In this document: positions 1-9,101 of the stretch, in pieces | Layout of the letters: each line of letters opens with the position of its first letter | How positions within the stretch are numbered: the stretch's first letter is position 1 | Origin: an uncultured Thiotrichaceae bacterium | Lineage (GTDB): Bacteria > Pseudomonadota > Gammaproteobacteria > SZUA-229 | Length of the DNA stretch: 64,000 bases | Reading direction: 5' to 3' | Assembly: GCA_964441285.1 (NCBI GenBank) | Contig: CAYTUK010000002.1 | Location: forward strand, 25,551-89,550 | Program-made: the position numbers and the translations under genes | The notes under the pieces: model-generated | What the model was told of the DNA's origin: nothing | Seen by the model: only the letters and a program-made list of their open reading frames with translations | Database searches by the model: none

Positions 1-609
1 CAGAGTAATGCTATTCACCTTCGTATCAAGAGCGACCGTCAATGCCTGCGTGGTTCCACCAGTTGATGCCTCGGCCACCAGTTTATATTTTCCCGGCAAT
101 GCAACACTGCCATCATCTTTAAAACCGTCCCATTGAAATTGCATATTGCCAGCAGCCCCACTGCCCAGCGGTAAACTGCGAACTTCAGCCCCCTGTGCAT
201 CAATCACCCGCAAAGTGACATTGGCCGCTGATTGCGGCAGCGTTATTTGCCCATGGATAGAACCACCCGCATTAAGCACACCGTTACCGCCAGCAATCAG
301 TACATTACGCCCGACCAGTCCCGTTGCCTGTAATGCCTGACTGGATGACAATTTTCCTGCCAGCGAATTAAACGAGGTATTTAAATTCTGCATCCCTTTC
401 ACCGTTGACAATTGTGCTAGCTGGTTCATAAACTGACTTGGGTCCAGGGGTTTACTCGGATCCTGATTTTTTACCTGCGCCACCAGCAGCTTCATAAAAT
501 CGGTTTGGCTTAGTTGCGATTTATCTGCACGGGTTATCTTTTTTGCCAGTGAATTACCAATCGCGGCATTCGCTGGTGAAAGTGCATTCGCTAGATTAAT
601 TGCAGACAT
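1..609 (-). CDS. flgD: flagellar basal-body rod modification protein FlgD (N-terminal part; runs off window start)
   Basis: Minus-strand ATG at 607-609 with GGGAGAA RBS 7 nt upstream. Translation MSAINLANALSPANAAIGNSLAKKITRADKSQLSQTDFMKLLVAQVKNQDPSKPLDPSQFMNQLAQLSTVKGMQNLN matches the FlgD N-terminus. Frame stays open to position 1. Sits directly after flgC. Confidence 0.6.
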   Translation of the reverse strand, partial: MSAINLANALSPANAAIGNSLAKKITRADKSQLSQTDFMKLLVAQVKNQDPSKPLDPSQFMNQLAQLSTVKGMQNLNTSFNSLAGKLSSSQALQATGLVGRNVLIAGGNGVLNAGGSIHGQITLPQSAANVTLRVIDAQGAEVRSLPLGSGAAGNMQFQWDGFKDDGSVALPGKYKLVAEASTGGTTQALTVALDTKVNSITL

Positions 610-644
610 TTTCTGTTCTCCCGCTTCTTTATGTTTTATTCAGC

Positions 645-1058
645 TTATTTTCCAAGATTCAGCGTTTTTAACAGCAACCGCTTGGAAGTGTTAAAGACAT
701 CAACATTGTTTTGATAGGCGCGTGATGCCGCCATCATATTCGTCATCGCTTCAATCGTATTCACGTTTGATTTATACACGTAACCATTTTTATCTGCTTT
801 CGGATTAGCCGGTTGATATTGCGCTACACCCTGCGCCTGGCTTTGCACAATACCCGCAACGCGCACCGGAATGGATACCTGCTGATCATTTAAACCTTGC
901 ATTACGGCAGCAAAAACCGGCTGTCGTGAGCGGTAAATTTTATCTTTACTGCTCGCCACTACATCCGCATTTGCCAGATTACTGGCCACGGTATTCAAAC
1001 GCACAGACTGTGCACTCATAGCCGAACCACTCACATTAAAAATATTATATAAACCCAT
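645..1058 (-). CDS. flgC: flagellar basal-body rod protein FlgC
   Basis: 137 aa. N-terminus MGLYNIFNVSGSAMSAQSVRLNTVASNLANADVVASS is the canonical FlgC opening. Follows flgB. Confidence 0.9.
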   Translation of the reverse strand: MGLYNIFNVSGSAMSAQSVRLNTVASNLANADVVASSKDKIYRSRQPVFAAVMQGLNDQQVSIPVRVAGIVQSQAQGVAQYQPANPKADKNGYVYKSNVNTIEAMTNMMAASRAYQNNVDVFNTSKRLLLKTLNLGK

Positions 1059-1060
1059 TT

Positions 1061-1516
1061 TTATTGTCCTTTAATTGCCGCAAGCAGACCCCTGAATTTA
1101 CCACTCAGAAAGGTCAGGCTGGCTTCATAATGTAATGCGTTTTCTGCAAACGCACTTTTTTCAAGTTGGGAATCGACGGTATTACCATCAAGTGATGCAT
1201 GCATAGGAACACGATACTGAACCTGCATCGCTGGCTGGCTAATCGATAAACGATCTTCTATCGGAATGGCGAGATGATTTTTGTTGCTAAGCGTTAATTT
1301 TTCTGCACCAGCAAATGAATCACCATTACGCATTGATGCGCTGGCTACAGCAGATTGCATACTTGCGCTTAAGGCCGCCCTAAAATTAATGTCTCTGGCC
1401 TTGTACCCTGGGGTATCCGCATTTGCCAGATTCGATGCCAACAACTCCGCACGACGAGAGCGGATAGCTAACGCCTCTGGGTGAATACCCAAAACAGAAT
1501 TAAAGCTTATCGACAT
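1061..1516 (-). CDS. flgB: flagellar basal-body rod protein FlgB
   Basis: Internal start MSISFNSVLGIHPEALAIRSRRAELLASNLANADTPGYKARD is the FlgB rod N-terminal motif. The longer ORF-track start at 1717 has no RBS and precedes the conserved N-terminus. Confidence 0.88.
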   Translation of the reverse strand: MSISFNSVLGIHPEALAIRSRRAELLASNLANADTPGYKARDINFRAALSASMQSAVASASMRNGDSFAGAEKLTLSNKNHLAIPIEDRLSISQPAMQVQYRVPMHASLDGNTVDSQLEKSAFAENALHYEASLTFLSGKFRGLLAAIKGQ

Positions 1517-1553
1517 TATTTTCTCCAACTTTAGTTTTTCTTGCTGAAAAAAA

Positions 1554-1569
1554 TGCAAGGCCCGTGCCA
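1554..1569 (-). promoter_or_regulatory. sigma-54 (RpoN) promoter, -24/-12 elements, upstream of flgB
   Basis: Minus strand reads TGGCACGGGCCTTGCA, an exact TGGCAC-N5-TTGCA match. It lies about 40 nt upstream of the flgB ATG. Confidence 0.55.
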
Positions 1570-1789
1570 ACAACTCAAGAACGTTGATACACCGCACTTT
1601 GATGGAGTGGCATAATGTTTTTTTTGATTTATAAAACAGATTTGGGGATTTTTCTGACACCAGAGCGGCAAGAATTTTCCTCTTAACGGCAGGAAAATGC
1701 CTTTTTGTCGATGCCACTTGAGGGCTTTGCGCGCTGTAGATTTGTTGTTAGAGCAAAGTCCTCAACTGCTAAAAAATTCAATGCCGGTA

Positions 1790-2764
1790 TCAGGCTGCCT
1801 CTGATGAAGCTTTGTCTTCATTTTCCTGTAAAATCGGAATTAATGCTGTCACCAGTTCATCGGCACTAAACTTGGGTATAAAGCGATTGGCGCCCACAGT
1901 TTTCACCATATTTTCATTAAACACACCGCTTAATGATGAGTGCAGGATGACATATAAATCTTTCAATTTTGGATCACGACGAATTTCTGAAGTCAGCGTA
2001 TAGCCATCCATCTCTGGCATTTCGATGTCCGAAATAATCATTGATACATGCTCACTTAAGGGTTTTTCTGTCTGCGACCACTGCTGCAATAACTCCAGCG
2101 CCTGTTTTCCATTATTAACGATGGTGCAGTCAACACCTATTTGTGTCAGCGCTTGCTTGATCTGATTACAGGCAACCTTGGAATCATCGACTACTAGTAT
2201 ATGATGCGTTTTTGAATCATTCAATACCAGTGAATCGACGGTTTCAGCAGACACCATTTCCGGCTCACCAATAACTTCTGACAATACCATTTCGACATCA
2301 ATCAACTGCACCAGATGATGATTATCATTTACAAATTTCCCGTTTGGCACGCTGGTAACCGCATTGATGTAACTGTTACCGTCAGTCCCTTCAGGCGGTA
2401 AATGAATATCTTCCCAGTTTAAATTAACAATGCACTCAACCGAGGACACCATAAATCCCTGAATGCTACGATTAAACTCGGTAATAATAATATAGCTGTT
2501 CCTGGCATCTTCAATTTTCGGCCCTGAAATAGCCAGACTTAAATCCATAATCGACAACGTGCTACCCCGAATATTGGCAATCCCGCAGACCACCGGGTGT
2601 GAGGAATGCACTGCGGTGAGCCCCGGGCAGCGAATAACTTCGCGCACCTTAAAGACATTAATACCATAAAGCTCACCATCGCTTAGGCGGAACATTAACA
2701 GCTCAAGGCGATTTTTACCCACAAGTTGGGTGCGCTGATTAATACCATCTAACACACTGGCCAT
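1790..2764 (-). CDS. cheV: chemotaxis protein CheV (CheW-like domain fused to C-terminal receiver domain)
   Basis: N-terminal CheW-like segment LMFRLSDGELYGINVFKVREVIRCPGLTAV. C-terminal REC domain HHILVVDDSKVACNQIK...ISDIEMPEMDGYTLTSEIRR. Sits upstream of flgB, as in Vibrio and Pseudomonas. Confidence 0.85.
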   Translation of the reverse strand: MASVLDGINQRTQLVGKNRLELLMFRLSDGELYGINVFKVREVIRCPGLTAVHSSHPVVCGIANIRGSTLSIMDLSLAISGPKIEDARNSYIIITEFNRSIQGFMVSSVECIVNLNWEDIHLPPEGTDGNSYINAVTSVPNGKFVNDNHHLVQLIDVEMVLSEVIGEPEMVSAETVDSLVLNDSKTHHILVVDDSKVACNQIKQALTQIGVDCTIVNNGKQALELLQQWSQTEKPLSEHVSMIISDIEMPEMDGYTLTSEIRRDPKLKDLYVILHSSLSGVFNENMVKTVGANRFIPKFSADELVTALIPILQENEDKASSEAA

Positions 2765-2814
2765 GTTATTTTATTCCTCATTTTTCGGTGACTAATTATT
2801 GCCGACTAATTTTA

Positions 2815-2842
2815 CTATCGGCGCTCCTCCCTCAAACCTTTA
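2815..2842 (-). promoter_or_regulatory. sigma-28 (FliA)-type promoter upstream of cheV
   Basis: Minus strand reads TAAAGGTT-N11/12-GCCGATAG against consensus TAAAGTTT-N11-GCCGATAA. It lies about 50 nt upstream of the cheV ATG. Confidence 0.45.
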
Positions 2843-3026
2843 CTTTAAATTCAGCCATCGAAGAGACCAGGCGACAACTGCCCAGCGGATAGGTAACAAA
2901 CCAAAAAAAATTCCCCTTTAACAACAAAACGATAAAAAACCCCAGACCTGGATAATCAGGCATGAATCTTGCTTTATAACAATATACCGGATTCATAGCG
3001 ACGGAAATCCGTCGAACAGTTAATTA

Positions 3027-3779
3027 ATGGCAGACAAAATAATGACCCTACAACACTTCATCCGTTCTCTACAGCTGAAAACCGTTTCGCTAGTTGGTAC
3101 AACATTAATTATAAGTAGCCTGTTTTGCCCGGCACTAGCAACAAACTACCAGAGTCATAGCAGTATTCAGCACACCGCTAAAATGTTTATGGCGCAACAT
3201 ATAAAACAAAATTATACGCTGCCGGCGACCATTACCATTAACCGACTCGACAACCGCTTAAGACTGAAGCAATGCAATCAACCGCTAACCGCATTTCGAC
3301 CCGAAGGCAGTCGTGATATTGGCCGAACCACTGTCGGGGTAAAATGCGATGGCAGCCAACCCTGGTCATTACAAATACCGATAACCGTTAGCATGATGAA
3401 AACGATTGCGGTTGCAGCCGAACTATTACCCCGTGGTAAGCTGTTAAGTAAAAATGACATTCGAATGAAAAAAATAGACCTGGCGACCCTACCACAGGGT
3501 TATATTGATAATATCAACAATCTGGTCGGGCTGAAATTAAAACGCCGACTGGCTGCAGATGTTGCCTTTACACCCGCAATGATTGAAAAACCACAACGCA
3601 TTAAACGCGGGCAACGCATCACTATCGTGGCACGTTCAGGATCAATGGAGGTGCGGATGTCGGGAAAAGCGCTCTCAGGCGGTGCCGTCGGTGATCGCAT
3701 TCAGGTAATAAATATTGCCTCAAAACTACACCGCGAAGGCGTTATCACCGCGCAGGGCGAAGTTCAGGTTAATTTATAA
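3027..3779 (+). CDS. flgA: flagellar basal-body P-ring formation chaperone FlgA
   Basis: 250 aa with N-terminal signal peptide. C-terminal SAF-like region ITIVARSGSMEVRMSGKALSGGAVGDRIQVINIASKLHREGVITAQGEVQV is typical of FlgA. Divergent from cheV-flgB. Confidence 0.85.
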   Translation: MADKIMTLQHFIRSLQLKTVSLVGTTLIISSLFCPALATNYQSHSSIQHTAKMFMAQHIKQNYTLPATITINRLDNRLRLKQCNQPLTAFRPEGSRDIGRTTVGVKCDGSQPWSLQIPITVSMMKTIAVAAELLPRGKLLSKNDIRMKKIDLATLPQGYIDNINNLVGLKLKRRLAADVAFTPAMIEKPQRIKRGQRITIVARSGSMEVRMSGKALSGGAVGDRIQVINIASKLHREGVITAQGEVQVNL

Positions 3780-3900
3780 TGCGCGTTACAAGTACCGGAA
3801 AAGCGCTTAAGGAAATCAATATTTTGCACCTGGATACAAGCCTGTTCAGGACTAAACTGAAGAAATTTTCTACCTAAAAGGGTAAAAGCGGTAGTATGCG

Positions 3901-3927
3901 TAAAGTTTTTGTATTTTGGGTCGATAA
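3901..3927 (+). promoter_or_regulatory. sigma-28 (FliA) promoter for flgM
   Basis: TAAAGTTT-N11-GTCGATAA, a near-perfect FliA consensus, 38 nt upstream of the flgM ATG. Confidence 0.55.
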
Positions 3928-3965
3928 CCGGGCTAACAAAGAAATTTTTAACGAGGGACAACGTA

Positions 3966-4292
3966 ATGTCTATTGATATTAACGGCATTGGCAGCAATCA
4001 GGTAGCCTCCAAGGTTAATGGTTCTGCAGAAGATGCAAAAGTAAAGCAACATCAACCGACACCGGCAGCAGCGGAAACCGGGAAAAGCGCCACGACGGAC
4101 ACTGTTAGTCTGTCTGAGAGTGCAAAACAGCTAGAGAGGCTAGGGAATAGTGTTACCGCTTCGCCAGTGGTGGATACTCAGCGGGTTGAACAAATTAAAC
4201 AGGCCATTAATAATGGCAGCTACAAAATTGATCCGACAAAAATTGCCGATAAACTGATGCAGTTTGAAAATATACTCAAGCCCAAAGGTTAA
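3966..4292 (+). CDS. flgM: anti-sigma-28 factor FlgM
   Basis: Start MSIDINGIGS after a GAGGGA RBS. C-terminal VDTQRVEQIKQAINNGSYKIDPTKIADKLMQFE is the FlgM sigma-28-binding helix region. The ORF-track start at 3909 overlaps the promoter. Confidence 0.8.
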   Translation: MSIDINGIGSNQVASKVNGSAEDAKVKQHQPTPAAAETGKSATTDTVSLSESAKQLERLGNSVTASPVVDTQRVEQIKQAINNGSYKIDPTKIADKLMQFENILKPKG

Positions 4293-4336
4293 GGACAAAA
4301 CCACCTTAAAGTATTCAACAAACCAGAGAAAATTCA

Positions 4337-4852
4337 GTGACTGACCTATTCAACACTAAACAGCAGCAGCAACTTACACATCTGTTACAACATGAAATTG
4401 ATTGTGCTGAGCAAATGTTACTCACACTGCAAGCTGAAACCACTGCGCTGGGTCAACACACACCGGAAGCATTGGAATCCGTCATTCAAACCAAGCTGGA
4501 AAAAATGCAACAACTTGAACAGGTAAGTAAGCAGCGTGAACACCTGCTGACGACAATAACTCCGCTGGATAATGGCTCTACTCCATTGAACCCTGACGAT
4601 CTGTTCAGACAGGATTCATCGTTACAACCATTATGGAAGGCATTAATTCTACTAGCCAAACAGTGCCAACAATTAAATTATGTCAATGGCAGCATTGTTG
4701 AGCGCGGCTATCAGCAGTCACGGTATGCGCTGGATATTCTCCAGGGGAAAACCGCTTTTGGTGATGTTGATAAAAATGCCGGTACCGATGGTTACAACCA
4801 CAATGGCCGGACAACCTATTCAAACAGGTCACGCACCATCGCACAGGTTTAG
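4337..4852 (+). CDS. flgN: flagellar export chaperone FlgN-like protein
   Basis: 171 aa, Q/L-rich helical, GTG start. Position directly after flgM, and the N-terminal region, are consistent with FlgN. Confidence 0.65.
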   Translation: MTDLFNTKQQQQLTHLLQHEIDCAEQMLLTLQAETTALGQHTPEALESVIQTKLEKMQQLEQVSKQREHLLTTITPLDNGSTPLNPDDLFRQDSSLQPLWKALILLAKQCQQLNYVNGSIVERGYQQSRYALDILQGKTAFGDVDKNAGTDGYNHNGRTTYSNRSRTIAQV

Positions 4853-4886
4853 CACACAAAAGATGCCCAAAGCCTGATTCCAGCTT

Positions 4887-5204
4887 CTACATACGCCTCC
4901 GGCGAAAATCACTCACTCGATTCAACCGTTCAAGCAAACCACCGCCACCAGTAACACTGTCCCACATCATACTCGATATGCGGATACAGGCACCCATTGG
5001 AGTTTTGGCGAGTCGGCGCTCCTGGTCTACCCGCCATTGCAACCCGGTCAATCGACGCCGGCTGGCTTCAGGCACTTCATTAATAACCTCGTTCACCATT
5101 TGCTTACGCAATAGCTCAAATGCATCAGGATCCGCTTTAGCTATTTTCACCAGATTATCGAACCAGTTATCAAAATCTGTTGCCATGCAATCTAATTGCC
5201 TCAT
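4887..5204 (-). CDS. DUF3135-family small protein
   Basis: 105 aa. GAGGGA RBS 8 nt upstream of the ATG at 5204. Resembles the conserved DUF3135 proteins (MATDFDNWFDNLVKIAKADPDAFELL...). Confidence 0.45.
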   Translation of the reverse strand: MRQLDCMATDFDNWFDNLVKIAKADPDAFELLRKQMVNEVINEVPEASRRRLTGLQWRVDQERRLAKTPMGACIRISSMMWDSVTGGGGLLERLNRVSDFRRRRM

Positions 5205-5262
5205 TATTAAATCCCTCAGCCATTATTTTGTACAATTTACGTTCAGAGGATACACGATTCTT

Positions 5263-6186
5263 TCAATTTTCGCTATTTAATATCTCCTTTAAATTCATTT
5301 CAACCTGTTGATATTTATTATGTATTTCAAGTGTTTTTTGCTCTAATAGTCGCATATCCACCACCTCTTCACAGCCTGCACGTTCAATTTCTCGACAACC
5401 ATCAGCCATTGTCAGCGCACCAACAGCCTGGCTGGAAGAGCGTAGCGAGTGGGCTATATCAACCACATGGGTAACGTTTTTCTCCGCCATTGCCGTTGAT
5501 AATTTTAATAATAGATCAGGCGTCTGCCCCAGATACATATTAATAACCCGCACCAACAATGGCACTTTGGTGGTTGACACGTTTTTTTTCTGTTGCCCAC
5601 TTTGACGCAAACGATTAATCATCACAGCATCAATAATCACATTTTTTTGCGCGGATTGAGTATCCAATGGATACTGTGCCTGCACATTAACAGGTTGCGC
5701 TGATGGGGTTATTGAAGCAGCACCACAATCAGACCCCAGCGGCATCCACTTTTTGACTACCGCATAAATATCGTCCATACCAAAAGGTTTTGAAAGAAAG
5801 TCATTCATCCCACTGTTAAGACACCTGTCACGAACGCCTGTAATTGCGTGAGCCGTTAAAGCAACAATTGGAACGGGAGGGGTTTGCTGCTGAGATTCAT
5901 TGAAACGAATTTTCTCTGTGGCCTTCAATCCATCCAGCACTGGCATCCTGTAGTCCATTAACACCAGCGAGTAATTCTCTTTCCGGCAGGCTTCAACTGC
6001 CTCTTTACCGTTGTTAACAACATCAATGTGGTAACCTAACTGCTCCAGCATATCCATAACAACTTCCTGATTTACCAGGTTGTCTTCTGCCAGTAAAATT
6101 TTCCTTTTTAATACAGGAATAGATAAATTTTTCATTTCATTACCACTTCTATTACCACCGCAAATACCCATTATAAATGGATCCAT
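5263..6186 (-). CDS. response-regulator receiver domain fused to C-terminal Hpt phosphotransfer domain (REC-Hpt)
   Basis: REC segment ILLAEDNLVNQEVVMDMLEQLGYHIDVVNNGKEA...LVLMDYRMPVLDGLKATEKIR. C-terminal Hpt signature HVVDIAHSLRSSSQAVGALTMA. True start may be the internal MKNLS (position 6135). Confidence 0.75.
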   Translation of the reverse strand: MDPFIMGICGGNRSGNEMKNLSIPVLKRKILLAEDNLVNQEVVMDMLEQLGYHIDVVNNGKEAVEACRKENYSLVLMDYRMPVLDGLKATEKIRFNESQQQTPPVPIVALTAHAITGVRDRCLNSGMNDFLSKPFGMDDIYAVVKKWMPLGSDCGAASITPSAQPVNVQAQYPLDTQSAQKNVIIDAVMINRLRQSGQQKKNVSTTKVPLLVRVINMYLGQTPDLLLKLSTAMAEKNVTHVVDIAHSLRSSSQAVGALTMADGCREIERAGCEEVVDMRLLEQKTLEIHNKYQQVEMNLKEILNSEN

Positions 6187-6395
6187 ATTTTCGATCTTGC
6201 CTATACCTTTTGCTTATACCCTTCGATTATAAACGAACGACTCCATTAATCTACTAATCTACAAAACCCATAATTGGAACAGGCAGACGGTTAATCCTAT
6301 TGCAGACTTCAATTTCTGCTTACACACAACTGGTAATATTCTGGCACTGGCATTATTATGCTAGCCAGCGATACTGTACTTACTAAAGGTCTACT

Positions 6396-8879
6396 ATGGA
6401 AAACAGCTTCACCCCAGATCTCCACGCCAGAATCCTGATTATCGATGACGATCCAATGATGCGTCTGCTAATGAGAGAAGCGCTGGATGATGGTACGTAT
6501 GATATTGAAGAGTTCGAAAACGGGGCTGACGCGCTCAAAGACATCCAGCAAAAAATACCCGACATGATTCTGCTGGATGTAAAAATGCCGGGCATGAGTG
6601 GGTTTGATGTTTGCACCCAGATTCGAGAAAAATACGATGAGAACAGCGTTTCAATCGTCGTGGTAACAGGCCTGGATGATTCTGACTCCATTGAGCGCGC
6701 CTTCAATCTCGGCGCAACGGCTTTTATTAATAAACCCATCAACCCCACCACATTACCCCATCGCATTAAATACTTACTCCAGGCAAGAAATGCTTTTATT
6801 GCACTTAAGCAGCGTGAGACCCATCTGGAACAGATGGATAAAATTTCACGTATCCTGACTTACAGCAACAATCTGGAGGTTATTTTGCAGGAAATTGCGG
6901 AAGAAATGCTAAACATCTTTACCGCCAACAGTGTCTTTATTTTTAGCTCGGATGATGTCAAACCTTATGATATAACCGCAGTCTGTCATGCCACGAGTGA
7001 ACAATGTCACGCTATTGCTGACAATACGGATAGATTTATAAAGGGTTTTTCTCATAATACCTTCTATCGGGCCAAAAATAGTGAATACCCGGTAGTAATA
7101 AAAATGCACCCAGCAGACAGTTGCCAGCAAGATGGACACGCCTGCTTAAAAACAATAATGATCAAAGCGCTGCATCCGCTCGACGATCAAACCTGGTATA
7201 TCATTATGCACAGGTGCGCGGTCGACACTGCCTGGCTTACCTGGCAGCAGGAGACTTTTTATCGTATCAGTATTCGTTTAAGCTCGATTTTATCCCATCA
7301 TTTATTGCTACAACGCCTGCATGAAAGCGAGTCATTACTCAGGCAGGCGCAACATATTGGAAAACTTGGCAACTGGAGCATTAACGTCAAAACCGGGGGA
7401 GTAATCTGGTCGGATGAAATATATCGCATCTATGGTTATGAGCCTGGTGACTTCACCCCTACGCTGAATACGCTGCATGAACACACTCTCTACGAAGACA
7501 TTAATCGCCTGAATCATTTTGAACAAAATGCTTTTTATTCAGGGAAAACGGCAAGTATTGAATACCGCATTCAACACCCTGACAACAAAATTCACTGGAT
7601 TCATAAACAAGGTATTGGGAAGTTTGATGACCAGGGCCATCTCATTGCGGTTAATGGCACACTACAGGATATAACCGAACGCATCCTGAAACAGGAGCAA
7701 GAGTTACATGACCATAAAATGGATGCCGTTGGTCAGCTTACCAGCGGTATTGCGCACGATTTTGGTAATTTAATGACCATTGCAAAAGGCAATCTTGAGC
7801 TAATTAATGACGCCTTTATGCAACACTACCAGATTGAATCTGATGACTGGGAGATTATCGAGGATGCACGTTCCGCTGTTTATGATGGCGTTAAACTGAC
7901 AAAACAATTACTCGCATTTTCACGAAAAAAATCCATTGCACCGAAACCGCTTAATATTGAGTCAAGCATTCAGAATTTTAGCAACCTGTTCAAAAAGACC
8001 CTCGGAGACATTATAACGTTAAGCCTTAAAATTCAGCATAACCTACCCGATATTCTGGTTGATAAAGCTCAGTTTGAGAGTAGCCTGTTAAATGCTGTAA
8101 TTAATGCCAGGGATGCCATGCCTAAAGGTGGACACATGACTATTCATGCAAAATTACACCATAAACCACCTCGGTCACTGCTCTTCAATTCATCGTATTT
8201 AACTGCAACTTCTTATATCTGTATCAACATTGCCGACACTGGTGAGGGCATGAGAACGGACGTTTTAAAACATGTAACCGAGCCCTTTTTTACGACCAAA
8301 AAAGAGACTGGCACCGGGCTGGGGCTAAGTATGATTTACGGCTTTATGCGCCAGTCTAACGGCGCACTTAATATTACCAGTAAGCCTGGCAAGGGCACTT
8401 GCGTATCAATGTATTTTCCGGTTTGTCCAACCACGACCATACAGGCTGAAAACGCACCCATTGCTTATCTTAATACAACCACCAAAGTGCTCACCAAAAC
8501 CCTAACGATTCTGGTCGTTGAAGACCGCGAAGCAGTACGGCGATTTGCTATGCGTTGCCTGAAAAATGCAAACATCCATATTCTACAAGCGGAAAATGCC
8601 AGCGCAGCCATAGAACTTTTAAATAATAACCCAACCGTACATCTGCTATTTTCTGATATTTTAATGCTCGGAGATATGAATGGTCGTGACCTGGCAACAT
8701 GGGTAAGAAACAATCGGCCAGAAATAAAAATCCTGCTCACCACCGCGTCAGAAAGAGAAAGCCATCTCGCACTGTCCACACACACAAATGACTTTCAAAT
8801 GTTGCCCAAGCCTTACAGTCAACAGGATTTGCTGAATAAAATTAACACTATTTTTCAGGAACCCTCTGCACCGGCCTGA
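6396..8879 (+). CDS. hybrid sensor histidine kinase (REC-PAS-HisKA-HATPase-REC)
   Basis: N-terminal REC (ILIIDDDPMM...ILLDVKMPGMSG). PAS (GNWSINVKTGGVIWSDEIYRIYGYEP). H-box LTSGIAHDFGNLMT. ATPase G-boxes DTGEGM and GTGLGLS. C-terminal REC (ILVVEDREAV...LFSDILM). Confidence 0.85.
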   Translation: MENSFTPDLHARILIIDDDPMMRLLMREALDDGTYDIEEFENGADALKDIQQKIPDMILLDVKMPGMSGFDVCTQIREKYDENSVSIVVVTGLDDSDSIERAFNLGATAFINKPINPTTLPHRIKYLLQARNAFIALKQRETHLEQMDKISRILTYSNNLEVILQEIAEEMLNIFTANSVFIFSSDDVKPYDITAVCHATSEQCHAIADNTDRFIKGFSHNTFYRAKNSEYPVVIKMHPADSCQQDGHACLKTIMIKALHPLDDQTWYIIMHRCAVDTAWLTWQQETFYRISIRLSSILSHHLLLQRLHESESLLRQAQHIGKLGNWSINVKTGGVIWSDEIYRIYGYEPGDFTPTLNTLHEHTLYEDINRLNHFEQNAFYSGKTASIEYRIQHPDNKIHWIHKQGIGKFDDQGHLIAVNGTLQDITERILKQEQELHDHKMDAVGQLTSGIAHDFGNLMTIAKGNLELINDAFMQHYQIESDDWEIIEDARSAVYDGVKLTKQLLAFSRKKSIAPKPLNIESSIQNFSNLFKKTLGDIITLSLKIQHNLPDILVDKAQFESSLLNAVINARDAMPKGGHMTIHAKLHHKPPRSLLFNSSYLTATSYICINIADTGEGMRTDVLKHVTEPFFTTKKETGTGLGLSMIYGFMRQSNGALNITSKPGKGTCVSMYFPVCPTTTIQAENAPIAYLNTTTKVLTKTLTILVVEDREAVRRFAMRCLKNANIHILQAENASAAIELLNNNPTVHLLFSDILMLGDMNGRDLATWVRNNRPEIKILLTTASERESHLALSTHTNDFQMLPKPYSQQDLLNKINTIFQEPSAPA

Positions 8880-9101
8880 ATCTATTTTATTCACGACTTA
8901 CGCAGAGCTTCTCTCAGAGTCTCCCCGACTTGATTTACATTACTTTACACATCTAATCGCCAATTTTTTGGCAACTCTGTTAAGTTATCTCTACAATTTT
9001 ATGACACAGGGCTAATACGGTTTAATGTCAATATTCTGACACTAGAAAACAATGTTCTCATCTATATATTTGAACATGAAGCCGATCTACGGGGACAGGT
9101 T

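Noticed and set aside
6383-6766. 127-aa minus-strand ORF antisense to the start of the hybrid kinase gene
   Set aside because: It is fully embedded in a strongly supported 827-aa gene. The composition is Ser/Ile-rich and looks like an antisense artefact.
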